This document shows, piece by piece, positions 40,725-49,548 of a stretch of 64,000 bases of DNA. Source of the DNA: an uncultured Verrucomicrobiae bacterium (GTDB lineage: Bacteria; Verrucomicrobiota; Verrucomicrobiia; Limisphaerales; Palsa-1400); NCBI GenBank assembly GCA_963707025.1, contig CAVPOM010000007.1:416001-480000 (forward strand). The letters run 5' to 3'. The position numbers were made by a program, and so were the translations under genes. The notes beneath the pieces were generated by a model. The model was given only the letters and a program-made list of their open reading frames with translations. It had not been told where the DNA came from and did no database searches. Numbering within the stretch: the stretch's first letter is position 1; every line of letters begins with the position of its first letter.

Positions 40725-42140
40725 ATGAATAGAAGAAAATTCATCCGCGACACCTCCCTCCTCGCATCCACCGCCCTGCTTGCCCCCGCCGCCGGGGCGG
40801 CGGCGCCGGAATTCCCGGTCGTGCGGATTGCCCAAGACAAACGGCGCTTCCAGAGCGCGGCGGTCGAGCGCGCCATCGCGCGCGTCCAATCGTCCATCGG
40901 CAACAAGGAGCTGGCGTGGATGTTCGGGAATTGTTTTCCCAACACGCTGGACACGACGGTGGATTTTGCCATGAGCGGCGGCCGGCCCGACACCTACGTC
41001 ATCACCGGCGACATAGACGCCATGTGGCTGCGGGACAGTTCGGCGCAGGTCTGGCCCTATCTGCCGTTGACCAAGGAGGATGAGCCGTTGCGCCAGCTTG
41101 TCGCCGGGGTCATCAACCGGCAAACCGGGTGCGTTTTGAAAGACCCCTACGCCAACGCCTTCTACAAGGACGAAACGAAAATCAGCGAATGGAAGAGCGA
41201 CGCGACCGAGATGAAACCCGGCGTTCACGAGCGCAAATGGGAAATAGATTCGCTCTGTTACACCATCCGGCTGGCGCATGGCTACTGGAAAACGACCGGC
41301 GACACCGCGCCTTTCGACGACCGGTGGCAGGAGGCGGTTTTGCGGATTCCCCGGACCTTTCGCGAGCAGCAACGGAAGCACGACCGCGGGCCGTACCACT
41401 TCCAGCGCAACACTTCCACGCCGACAGACAGTTTGCCGGGCGGCGGCTACGGCAATCCGGCCAAGCCGGTGGGCCTGATTTTCTCCATGTTCCGGCCCAG
41501 CGACGACGCAACCGTTTTCCCATTCCTGGTGCCGTCGAATTTCTTCGCGGTGGTGAGCTTGCGTCAGGCCGCCGAGATGCTGGAACAAATCCGCCACGAC
41601 GCCACCTCGGCCGCGGATTGCCGGGCGCTGGCCAAGGAAGTGGCCGGGGCCTTGCGCCAATACGCGGTGGCTAATCCGTTGGGATTTGGCAACATCCTCC
41701 CCTACGAAGTGGATGCCTTTGGCAATTCCTACTGCATTGACGACGGCAACATTCCCAGCCTGCTTTCCCTTCCATATATAGGCGCGGTAACTACGAACGA
41801 CCCTCTTTACATAAACACGCGGCGGTATGTGTTGTCGTCGAGCAATCCCTATTACTGCAAAGGCAAAGCGGCGGAAGGCCCCGGCGGCCCGCATGTCGGC
41901 ATGGACATGATTTGGCCGCTGGGCATTATCACCCGCGGCCTGACCAGCAGCCACGACCAGGAAATCCGCGCCTGCCTGGAAACGCTGCGGCAGAGCCACG
42001 CCGGCACCGGTTTCATGCACGAAGCTTTCCACAAGGACGACCCGAAGAAATTCACCCGTTCATGGTTCGCCTGGGCCAACACCCTTTTCGGCGAACTGGT
42101 CCTGAAGACATTTCAGCAACGCCCGCACCTGTTGGATTGA
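40725..42140 (+). CDS. GH125 exo-alpha-1,6-mannosidase-like, Tat signal
   Basis: MNRRKF, NCFPNTLDTTV, ITGDIDAMWLRDS, ERKWEIDSL, FRPSDD, FTRSWFAWAN.LFGE. Confidence 0.94.
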   Translation: MNRRKFIRDTSLLASTALLAPAAGAAAPEFPVVRIAQDKRRFQSAAVERAIARVQSSIGNKELAWMFGNCFPNTLDTTVDFAMSGGRPDTYVITGDIDAMWLRDSSAQVWPYLPLTKEDEPLRQLVAGVINRQTGCVLKDPYANAFYKDETKISEWKSDATEMKPGVHERKWEIDSLCYTIRLAHGYWKTTGDTAPFDDRWQEAVLRIPRTFREQQRKHDRGPYHFQRNTSTPTDSLPGGGYGNPAKPVGLIFSMFRPSDDATVFPFLVPSNFFAVVSLRQAAEMLEQIRHDATSAADCRALAKEVAGALRQYAVANPLGFGNILPYEVDAFGNSYCIDDGNIPSLLSLPYIGAVTTNDPLYINTRRYVLSSSNPYYCKGKAAEGPGGPHVGMDMIWPLGIITRGLTSSHDQEIRACLETLRQSHAGTGFMHEAFHKDDPKKFTRSWFAWANTLFGELVLKTFQQRPHLLD

Positions 42141-42166
42141 AGATGGTTCATCCCCGGGTTGGTCCC

Positions 42167-45100
42167 TCACCGGCTGATGAGGCGATAAAAGGTGGCGCCG
42201 CCATTGGGTGAGAGCGTGGCGGTGACCTGTCCGTTGCTGGCGGGCGCGGGGTTGGTGACGGCGGTCCAGGCCACCGGCTCGGAAAGGTTGGTGGCGCTGC
42301 AAAGGGAGAAAGTGGAGGCGGTCGCCGGCCAGGAGAGGATGAAATTAGTGTTGACTGTGACGGCCGAGATGGCCGGCAGCGGCGGCCGGGCATTGGCGGG
42401 GGCCGACCAGGCGCTTTGGCGAAGCGGATTCAGCGCGGCCACTTCGTAGTAGTAAGTCGTTCCATTAGCCACGTTGGTATCGGTGAAGCTGGTGGCGGCC
42501 AGGCTGAACAGGTTGGTGTAGGGGCCGGCACCGGCCGGGGCGCGTTGCAGCTCATAGCTCACGGCCCCTGTTGCCGGATTCCATGTCAATGTGATCTGGC
42601 TGTAATTGGCGGCCGCGCTCAGCCCTGTGGGCGTGGCGGGCGGGGCCGTGCTGGCGGAATCAAAAGCGGCCAGGCACAGGGCGCTATTGTTGTGCGCGGT
42701 CACTGCCAGGCCGGCCAGGGCCGTGCCGGTCATGGCCACCGTCGTGCTCCCGGCTGCGGTCCAGGTAGCGCCGTCGGGCGAGTAAGAGGCGGTGAAGGTG
42801 TTCCCGCTGCGGGCCAACATCACCCAGGCAGGCGGCGCGACGCCGGCAATATTTATGGAACTGCAGCCGCCGCCGGCGGCGCTGCGCCATTGCAAGCTGG
42901 CGCCATTGGCGGCGCTGACGATCATGTCCACGAACATGCTGCCGGCGGTGTTGTCATTGCGGTACATCACGCCTCCTTTGGCCCAGCCATCGGTTTCCTG
43001 GACCTCGTCCACCCGGGTGACGATCGAGCTGTCGCCAGCCAGGGTGGCGCCGGCGAAATTGAAGGCATCCGCGGTATTCCAGATGTCCGCCCCGCCGCCA
43101 TGCATGACGAAGGAACTGCCACAGCAGGAGGCACTGCCGGCCAAGCCGACACTGCCGATATCCTGATCGCTCCAACCCGCCGGCAGCGCCCCGGCGCAGG
43201 GCACGGCGACGGCCTCGGCGGAATCGGGGCCTTCCCCGGCCGAGTTGACGGCCGAGACCACATAATAATAGGTCGTCCCGGCGAGCAGCCCCGTATCGAG
43301 GCAGAGGAGAGCCGTGAGGTTGGTTGCAACCGCGACAAACGGTCCGGCGCTGTTGGTCGAGCGCTTGAGATTGTAGCTGCCGGCGGTGGGGGCGGCGTTC
43401 CACCAGAGAACGGCGCTGGAGCCGCCGGTGGTGGCGGTCAAGCCGGTGGGGGCGGCCGGCAGGAGCATGGGGGTGGCGTTGACTTGGGCCGACGGGCTGC
43501 TTTGCGCGCAGGAGTTGCCGGCAAAAACCACGTAACTGTAATTGGTGCTGAGCATGACATCGAGGTCAAGGTAGTTGGTCGCAGTCAGGCCGGTGGCGAT
43601 GTAAGTGTAAGGGGTGGAACTGAGCGCGCGAGCCACACTGTAGCTGGTCGCGCCGGGGACGGGATTCCAACTGATGGCAACTTGCAGATTGTTGGCAACC
43701 GCCGTCACATCCGAGGGGGCGGCTGGCGGCGCGCAGGCCAGCGCGCCGGCGGGAGATGAATTGGAACTCTCGCCAAAGTCGCCCAGCGCCGAGACCGCGT
43801 AATAATAAGTGATGCCAGGCTCAACATTGGTGTCCGCGTAACCCGGCAGGACGGAGGCGGCCAGGTTTGTAAAAGTCCCGCCGGGGGCCGGGCCGCGTTT
43901 GATGTTGTAGCTGACCGCGCTGCGGGTGGCGTTCCAAGAGAGCAGAATCGGCATCCCCTGGCTGGCGGACAACCCGGCGGGCGCGGGCGGAGGCGCGGGC
44001 GCGGTATTGGAAACCACCACCAAGGCGCCCGCCCAGTCGGCATGGTCGGAGTTGATGCCATTGTCCGCATCGCTCACGCCCAGGGTGAGCCGGTTGACAC
44101 CGGTCATGTCCAGATTGATGGATTGATGGGGCGCGCCGCCGGTCAGGACGCCGCTGTTGAAGATCTCGGTTCCATCGGCCAGCACATGGAAGACGACCGA
44201 GCCATTGGCCCCCACTTCGTCATCCACTCCAATATCGGACTGGAACCGGGAGGCGATGCCGCCCAGGCGGTATTCGACACCGGAAAAGGCATGGACACCC
44301 AGGCCTTTGGCGTAGTTGGTGCCGTTGAGCGTGAGGGTGTTGCCGCCGATGCTGCGATTGTTGGTCATCGCGCCCCAGCCCACATAAGCGCGAGCGGGCT
44401 GGAGGCTGGTGAGGTAATTGGAGCCCAGGATGGGGAGCAGCGGCGCCGCGCCTGTGACCTGCAAGACCACGACGCCATGGGCCGGGACGTTGGTGGTGAA
44501 ACTATTGTTGACCAGGCCGAGGCCGGCGCCGGCCCATAAATCCCGCACGGCGGCGTTGCCCGGGAGCAGTCCGATGTTGGTCCAAATGACGGTGATCGCC
44601 GCCGCGTTGGTGTTCGGATTGAACAAGGCCACGGCTTTGGTGGTGAAATCGGTTCCGAGAGGTTTAACCCAGATTTGATTGGTGGAGGTATTGGGCAGGG
44701 CGACGGCTTGCTCGCCGGCCGGGTCCTGATCCACCGCGATCAGCTCCGCATTGGTCAGGATGGACAGAGTTTGGGCGGACATATTGGTCAGGTTGTTGCC
44801 CATGATCAACGGCGCGCTCACCATGCACCACAAGCTGAAGTGCGCCTTGTCTTCGGTGAAGGTCATGCCGCCGTTGCCCACTTCCAGCATGTCCGGGTCG
44901 TTCCAGCGGCCCGGGCCGGCCAGGAAGGCGGGCGGGCTGTTCCCGCCCAGATTGGACAACATGCTGGCAAAAGAGTCGTTGATGTCGCCGGTGGTGCGCC
45001 AGAGATTGCCGACCCCCGGCATCCAGGAGACGAAGGACCAGGCGCAGATGCTGAAAGAAATGGGGCGCCCGCTGTTCATCAGCGCGTCGGCCATCCGCGT

Positions 45101-45742
45101 GTAATCGGCCTGCGGAACATCGCCCGACGGCAGATTGCAATTGTCGTATTTGAGGTAATCCACGCCCCAGGACGCGTAGGTATTGGCGTCGAGGTACTCG
45201 TATCCGTAGCCGGCCGGCCGCCCCTGGCAGGTTTCCAGACCGTGATCGGAATACACGCCCAGCTTCAGCCCCTTGGAATGCACGTAATCCGCCAGCGCCG
45301 CGATGCCGTAAGGGAACCGCACCGGGTCGGCCACGATCACGCCATGGTCGTCGCGGGACACCTGCCAGCAATCATCCATGTTGATGAACTGGTAACCGGC
45401 GGCCTTCATGCCGTTGGTGGCCATGACGTCGGCCATGTTGCGAATGATGGCGTCGCTGACATTGCAGCCGAAATAATTCCAACTGTTCCAGCCCATGGGC
45501 GGCGTCAGGGCAAGGCCATTGGTCGAAGCCCGGCTGGAAATCGGCAAGCCCGGCGCCAGGCCGAGGAAGAGACAAACCAAACTGCGGCAAAGGGCCAACC
45601 ACGATGGGTGATGGGCGGCAGCCTTGGCTTGGTCCGCACCCTGGCTCCTCGACAAACTTGGCGCTTGGGATCGGGGCATGGAATCCTTCATCCCTAAACT
45701 TGCCACCGGAGCAGGCTCAGAACAAGATGCTTTTACTCTCAT
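42167..45742 (-). CDS. Modular secreted GH27 alpha-galactosidase with NPCBM, Fn3 repeats and a beta-sandwich domain
   Basis: LALTPPMGWNSWN, MDDCW, DYLKYDNC, WRTTGDI, WNDPDMLEVGN. NPCBM KGLGVHA..DHADW. Confidence 0.93.
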   Translation of the reverse strand: MRVKASCSEPAPVASLGMKDSMPRSQAPSLSRSQGADQAKAAAHHPSWLALCRSLVCLFLGLAPGLPISSRASTNGLALTPPMGWNSWNYFGCNVSDAIIRNMADVMATNGMKAAGYQFINMDDCWQVSRDDHGVIVADPVRFPYGIAALADYVHSKGLKLGVYSDHGLETCQGRPAGYGYEYLDANTYASWGVDYLKYDNCNLPSGDVPQADYTRMADALMNSGRPISFSICAWSFVSWMPGVGNLWRTTGDINDSFASMLSNLGGNSPPAFLAGPGRWNDPDMLEVGNGGMTFTEDKAHFSLWCMVSAPLIMGNNLTNMSAQTLSILTNAELIAVDQDPAGEQAVALPNTSTNQIWVKPLGTDFTTKAVALFNPNTNAAAITVIWTNIGLLPGNAAVRDLWAGAGLGLVNNSFTTNVPAHGVVVLQVTGAAPLLPILGSNYLTSLQPARAYVGWGAMTNNRSIGGNTLTLNGTNYAKGLGVHAFSGVEYRLGGIASRFQSDIGVDDEVGANGSVVFHVLADGTEIFNSGVLTGGAPHQSINLDMTGVNRLTLGVSDADNGINSDHADWAGALVVVSNTAPAPPPAPAGLSASQGMPILLSWNATRSAVSYNIKRGPAPGGTFTNLAASVLPGYADTNVEPGITYYYAVSALGDFGESSNSSPAGALACAPPAAPSDVTAVANNLQVAISWNPVPGATSYSVARALSSTPYTYIATGLTATNYLDLDVMLSTNYSYVVFAGNSCAQSSPSAQVNATPMLLPAAPTGLTATTGGSSAVLWWNAAPTAGSYNLKRSTNSAGPFVAVATNLTALLCLDTGLLAGTTYYYVVSAVNSAGEGPDSAEAVAVPCAGALPAGWSDQDIGSVGLAGSASCCGSSFVMHGGGADIWNTADAFNFAGATLAGDSSIVTRVDEVQETDGWAKGGVMYRNDNTAGSMFVDMIVSAANGASLQWRSAAGGGCSSINIAGVAPPAWVMLARSGNTFTASYSPDGATWTAAGSTTVAMTGTALAGLAVTAHNNSALCLAAFDSASTAPPATPTGLSAAANYSQITLTWNPATGAVSYELQRAPAGAGPYTNLFSLAATSFTDTNVANGTTYYYEVAALNPLRQSAWSAPANARPPLPAISAVTVNTNFILSWPATASTFSLCSATNLSEPVAWTAVTNPAPASNGQVTATLSPNGGATFYRLISR

Positions 45743-45780
45743 GGATGCGTGGGAAGCCCACCCCCCCCGGGGCCGGGAAG

Positions 45781-45855
45781 TGAAATCAGGTGCAATCAGG
45801 TGAAATTACGTGAAATTAGGTGAAAGCAACTGAAATCGAAGTGAAAACCTGGTGA
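45781..45855. repeat. Degenerate 10-bp tandem repeat TGAAAT(C/T)AGG, about 7 units
   Basis: tgaaatcagg tgcaatcagg tgaaattacg tgaaattagg tgaaagcaac tgaaatcgaag tgaaaacctgg. Confidence 0.75.
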
Positions 45856-46369
45856 TGGTTTTGAACCGCGAAACAGGCGAACCCCGAAGTCCAGACGGAG
45901 TGGTGGAGTGATGGAGCGGTGGGCATGGTCAAACTTAAAAAAATGGTTTGACCGGGTTTGACCGCCACTGCTTCGATCACATCCAAATGGCTCAGCAACA
46001 CCTTGCAGGCAAGGGCCTTCCACATTTTTATCCCCTCCTTGGCTGGACAGCGTTGAGTTTGACCGGGTATGACCGGTCCAGGCGACAAATGCATCCTCCT
46101 CCACCGGGCCTTCGAACTTCGCCAAGCCCATGGCGGAGGAGTTGGAGGCCAGGACAGAGGACCCGAACCGTTCCCGCTCCGAAAGCGGGAGCAAGCTCCC
46201 GCACTCCATAATGACCGCCCTCATAACTCAGGAAAGATTAGCATTTAATCCAGGGTCGTCAACAGAGAAATGCGGATTCTTGCAAGGGCCTCATCATTAG
46301 ACACTTGGGTAGCTTGATCGGCCCATAGTGCAGGGGCGGGGGGCTTGCAAACGCCGTTTTTTAAAGAAT

Positions 46370-46491
46370 GGGACCTCTGTAAAAAGCCTGTAGCGGCGGT
46401 CTGTGGACCGTCGCCATGCCGTTATTTCCCCTGGTTTGCGGCGGTCACAGACCGCCGCTACAATCGTGGACGCGCGTTTTGCAGAGGTCTC
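46370..46491. mobile_element. MITE-like element family A (copy 2, inverted relative to 18500-18620)
   Basis: Near-identical reverse complement of 18500-18620; ends GGGACCTCTG...CAGAGGTCTC. Confidence 0.78.
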
Positions 46492-46587
46492 AGAAAGCTT
46501 TGCGGCGATCTTCCGCCGGGCCAGCGGCCTTTCCCCTGTTTGGCCTTGCGAATTCTCAAATGACCCGCCCTAAAGACAGTGGCAGGA

Positions 46588-46687
46588 GGGCGCGTCTCAA
46601 TTTTAGACAGTTCCGGGGCAGGAATGCCCCGCTGCGGCGTCCGCGTCGGCGCAGCGCGACGGCTCTGTCAAAAACAGGGATGGGCCT
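46588..46687. repeat. Degenerate inverted-repeat element starting GGGCGCGTCT (related to family C ends)
   Basis: GGGCGCGTCTCAATTTTAGACAG ... CTGTCAAAAACAGGGATGGGCCT (16/23 match) around GC hairpins. Confidence 0.45.
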
Positions 46688-46776
46688 TTTTCTGTCGGGA
46701 GGCGATTTTCTTTGGGGCACGGGGCGGAGTTGGCACAGTTCTGGCTTGTTCACAGGCAAAATATATGGTTGAAGTC

Positions 46777-47031
46777 ATGAACAGTCCAAACAGCACTGAG
46801 GAAAAGATCGCCATTGAGAAGTTGGCCATTTGCCAGGAATGCGGGGGCACGGACATCGTCAAGAGCGTGGGGATTGCCAAGATGACCGAGGCGGGTTCGA
46901 TTGGGTTGGGCTATAACACGGATTATTTTGTCAAGTCGAGCGAACCGCTGGTGGTGGATTTGTGCCGAAGTTGCGGAACGGTGGTCCGTCTTTATGTTAA
47001 GAAAACGGACAAACGCTGGGTCAGTGTCTAA
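46777..47031 (+). CDS. Small Zn-ribbon protein
   Basis: CQECG ... DLCRSCGTV.R.YV, two CxxC pairs. Confidence 0.7.
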   Translation: MNSPNSTEEKIAIEKLAICQECGGTDIVKSVGIAKMTEAGSIGLGYNTDYFVKSSEPLVVDLCRSCGTVVRLYVKKTDKRWVSV

Positions 47032-47105
47032 AAGTGAGCAGTGGCAGTTGACGCCGTGAGGTCCTTCATCGCCAGGCCGGCGGAGGACGGGGCGGGAAAA
47101 TCTTT

Positions 47106-48443
47106 CTATCTGGCGGCGAGCAATCGGACCACTTGCAAGGTTCCCTGGATTTCTTCCAGGCTGTTGTAGTAATGCACCGACTGCCGGACCAGCGGCCCCG
47201 ATTGCGCGCGGACCCGGAATTTCCCGCGGTTCCACAACTGGTCCTGCAGTTGCACCCCGGTCAGGCCGGCCACGCCGTAGGTGACAATGGCCCCGGCCAG
47301 CGCGGGATGGATGGGTGAGGAAATGGACACCCCCTTGATCTGTTGCAATCCATTGCGCAAAGCGCCGGCCAGTTCGAGGGTCCGGCGCTCGATCTTTTCC
47401 GGGCCGATGCGCCAATAGAAATCCAAGGCCGCATTCAGGCCGTCCAGCAGGGCCGCATTGGCGGTGCCGAATTGCATGAGACGGAACAGGCCGCTGGCCG
47501 GTGTGTAGTCATCCCAGTGGGCGCTGGCCAGGGTGGCCCAGATGTCCTTTTCCCGCTCTTCCCGCACGTAGAGCAGGCCGTTGCCGGGAGGGGCGAGGAG
47601 CCATTTGTGGGGACTGGTGGCGTAGGCGTCACAGCCGATCTGCTTGACATCCACCCGCATTTGCCCGACGGCCTGCGCGCCGTCAATCAGGGTGAAGACG
47701 GAGCGCGCGCGGCCCAGGCCGCAAATCTGGCGGACGGGCAGGACGATGCCGTGGCGGCTGGTGACGTGGGGGACGGCCAGGACCCGGGTGCGCGGGCCGA
47801 GGGCGCCGGCGAAAATCTGGACGACAGTCTCCAGGTCCGGGGTGGGAACGGGAATGGGGAGCTGTTTGACGACGATGCCCTGGCGTTTGGCGCGCAGGTC
47901 CCAAGGCCCCAAAGCGCCCGGGTGTTCCTGGTCGGTGATGAGGACTTCGTCGCCGGGCTTGAGCTCGAGGCCGTTGGCAATGAAGTTGATGCCCATGGTG
48001 GCATTTTGCACCAGGGCGATCTCCCCCGCGGAGGCGTTGAGGATGCCCCCCGCCTTTTTGCGCAGGTCTTCCTGGGCGCGATAACCGGCGATGTATTCCG
48101 GGTGCTCGGGGCGGTAATCGTAGCGGGCGATGGCTTCCTCCATCCCGCGCATGCTGTCAAGCACAGCATCGAGCACCGGGCGCGGGCAGGCCCCCAGGGT
48201 GCCGGTGTTGAAGTAGGCCTCGCCGGGGGGAATGGAAAACTGCTGTCGAATCCAGGACCAATAATGCGGGTCATCCCTGGCCGGCCAGGCCAGGGGGCCG
48301 GCGGCGACCGGGGCGCGATGCTGCGGGGAAGCCCGGCCGGGTGCGGGGGCCAGGGGCAACAGGCCCAGCGCGGTCAGGCCGCGGAGAAAGCGGCGTCTCG
48401 GCATGGTGGCCGGCCCCTGCGCCCGCGGCTTTTCGGAGTTCAT
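47106..48443 (-). CDS. Class V PLP-dependent aminotransferase (cysteine desulfurase/isopenicillin N epimerase-like) with Tat signal
   Basis: PRRRFL twin-Arg, YFNTGTLG, TDQEHP, IDGAQAVG, SPHKWL. Confidence 0.9.
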   Translation of the reverse strand: MNSEKPRAQGPATMPRRRFLRGLTALGLLPLAPAPGRASPQHRAPVAAGPLAWPARDDPHYWSWIRQQFSIPPGEAYFNTGTLGACPRPVLDAVLDSMRGMEEAIARYDYRPEHPEYIAGYRAQEDLRKKAGGILNASAGEIALVQNATMGINFIANGLELKPGDEVLITDQEHPGALGPWDLRAKRQGIVVKQLPIPVPTPDLETVVQIFAGALGPRTRVLAVPHVTSRHGIVLPVRQICGLGRARSVFTLIDGAQAVGQMRVDVKQIGCDAYATSPHKWLLAPPGNGLLYVREEREKDIWATLASAHWDDYTPASGLFRLMQFGTANAALLDGLNAALDFYWRIGPEKIERRTLELAGALRNGLQQIKGVSISSPIHPALAGAIVTYGVAGLTGVQLQDQLWNRGKFRVRAQSGPLVRQSVHYYNSLEEIQGTLQVVRLLAAR

Positions 48444-48447
48444 AAGC

Positions 48448-49149
48448 TCAGTTGGTTTTTGCCTGGATGCGCAGGGTGCTGTTGGTCACTTGCAGGTTTT
48501 CAATCTGCTTGAAGACGGTGGCGTTGGGGCCGTTGTTCTGGCTCTCGGCCAGATTCACGCTTTGCAGGCTGGCCAGGGAATGAGCCGAGAGGGCCTGGCC
48601 TTTGGCTTCCAAGGAAGTGAGGAAGACGGAGAGGACCCCGTTGGTGATGGACAGATTGAAGGTGCCGCTGCCGTTGAGAAAACGGCCTTTGGCGGCCTTC
48701 AATTTGTGGATGATGGGGATGGTTTCCAATGGCAGGCTGATCTGGGCCTTGGTCTGCCCCCCTTCAAAGGAAACAAGAAACTTGCCCTTGAAAGCGGCCA
48801 ATTCCGGCCTGGTGGCGAGCAGGGCGTTGACCTGCTGGCCGGTCAAAACCAAGGGGGCGGCGTTGGTGTGGGCGTCCAGCGCGTCTGAGAAGGCGTTGAT
48901 GCGCTCCAACAAGGCCGTCATTTCTTCGGGGGGCAGTTGCACCGTGGGCAGCGGCATGGGGCTGGTATCGGCGTATTGCACGATCCAACCGTTGGCCGCG
49001 TTGAGGGCATAGCGCACCCCGAAAAACAAACCCACGGCGAGCACGAACAACAAGATGAGCGAGGTGATGCAGCCGTAAAAGAAACACCCGTGCTTTTTCG
49101 GCAACGGCGCCGGCGGCGGCGGCATCGCAATTGGATCCGGGTTGGCCAT
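48448..49149 (-). CDS. Membrane-anchored hypothetical protein
   Basis: KKHGCFFYGC then a TM helix and soluble domain. Confidence 0.75.
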   Translation of the reverse strand: MANPDPIAMPPPPAPLPKKHGCFFYGCITSLILLFVLAVGLFFGVRYALNAANGWIVQYADTSPMPLPTVQLPPEEMTALLERINAFSDALDAHTNAAPLVLTGQQVNALLATRPELAAFKGKFLVSFEGGQTKAQISLPLETIPIIHKLKAAKGRFLNGSGTFNLSITNGVLSVFLTSLEAKGQALSAHSLASLQSVNLAESQNNGPNATVFKQIENLQVTNSTLRIQAKTN

Positions 49150-49224
49150 GGGGGAGGCTAGGTTGGGGGTGGATTGGAATCAACTCTTTTTGACAGGGCG
49201 CAAGGTGAAAATGAGGCGGGCGGC

Positions 49225-49429
49225 GGGCGCATCGAAACTGCTGCCGGCGTCAGGCGCAAGAAGGCCACCGGGCAGTGCCTTAACTTGGTGTAGAGTCGAG
49301 CCTGTGGCTCGACTTCGGCGCACAGCGCCGACACTACAACAATGAAATTAAGGCACTGCCGGCCACCGGAGTGCGCCTGTCCTCGGGCGCAGCAGCGTGG
49401 GAAACACGGCGCGGGTTTCGAGTTGCGCC
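49225..49429. mobile_element. Partial family C element interrupted by the family B MITE
   Basis: After removing 49271-49368 the sequence matches the reverse complement of about 55645-55740. Confidence 0.7.
49271..49360. mobile_element. 90-bp MITE family B with 13-bp perfect TIR and 8-bp target-site duplication
   Basis: GGCAGTGCCTTAA ... TTAAGGCACTGCC flanked by GGCCACCG at 49263-49270 and 49361-49368. Internal GTAG...CTAC hairpin pair. Confidence 0.88.
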
Positions 49430-49548
49430 GCCCGTCCGGCGGAGACGAATTTGCCCGTTGCCTCCAGGGCGGAGCGGAGGCATGATCCGGCGCAGGCGGA
49501 TGGGCCGGGTGCGCGGCACTTTGTTCCCTCCCCGAGTGAAGGAATGCC

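Noticed and set aside
40584..42032. Apparent ~480-aa N-terminal extension of KdpD (1384-aa ORF)
   Set aside because: The extension is the antisense of the GH125 gene; KdpD homology starts near 40583
45781..45855. Possible CRISPR array
   Set aside because: 10-bp tandem units with no spacers, and no cas genes in the window
45796..46563. Several short ORFs in the GH27 upstream region
   Set aside because: They are translations of REP/MITE and tandem-repeat DNA with no protein-like features
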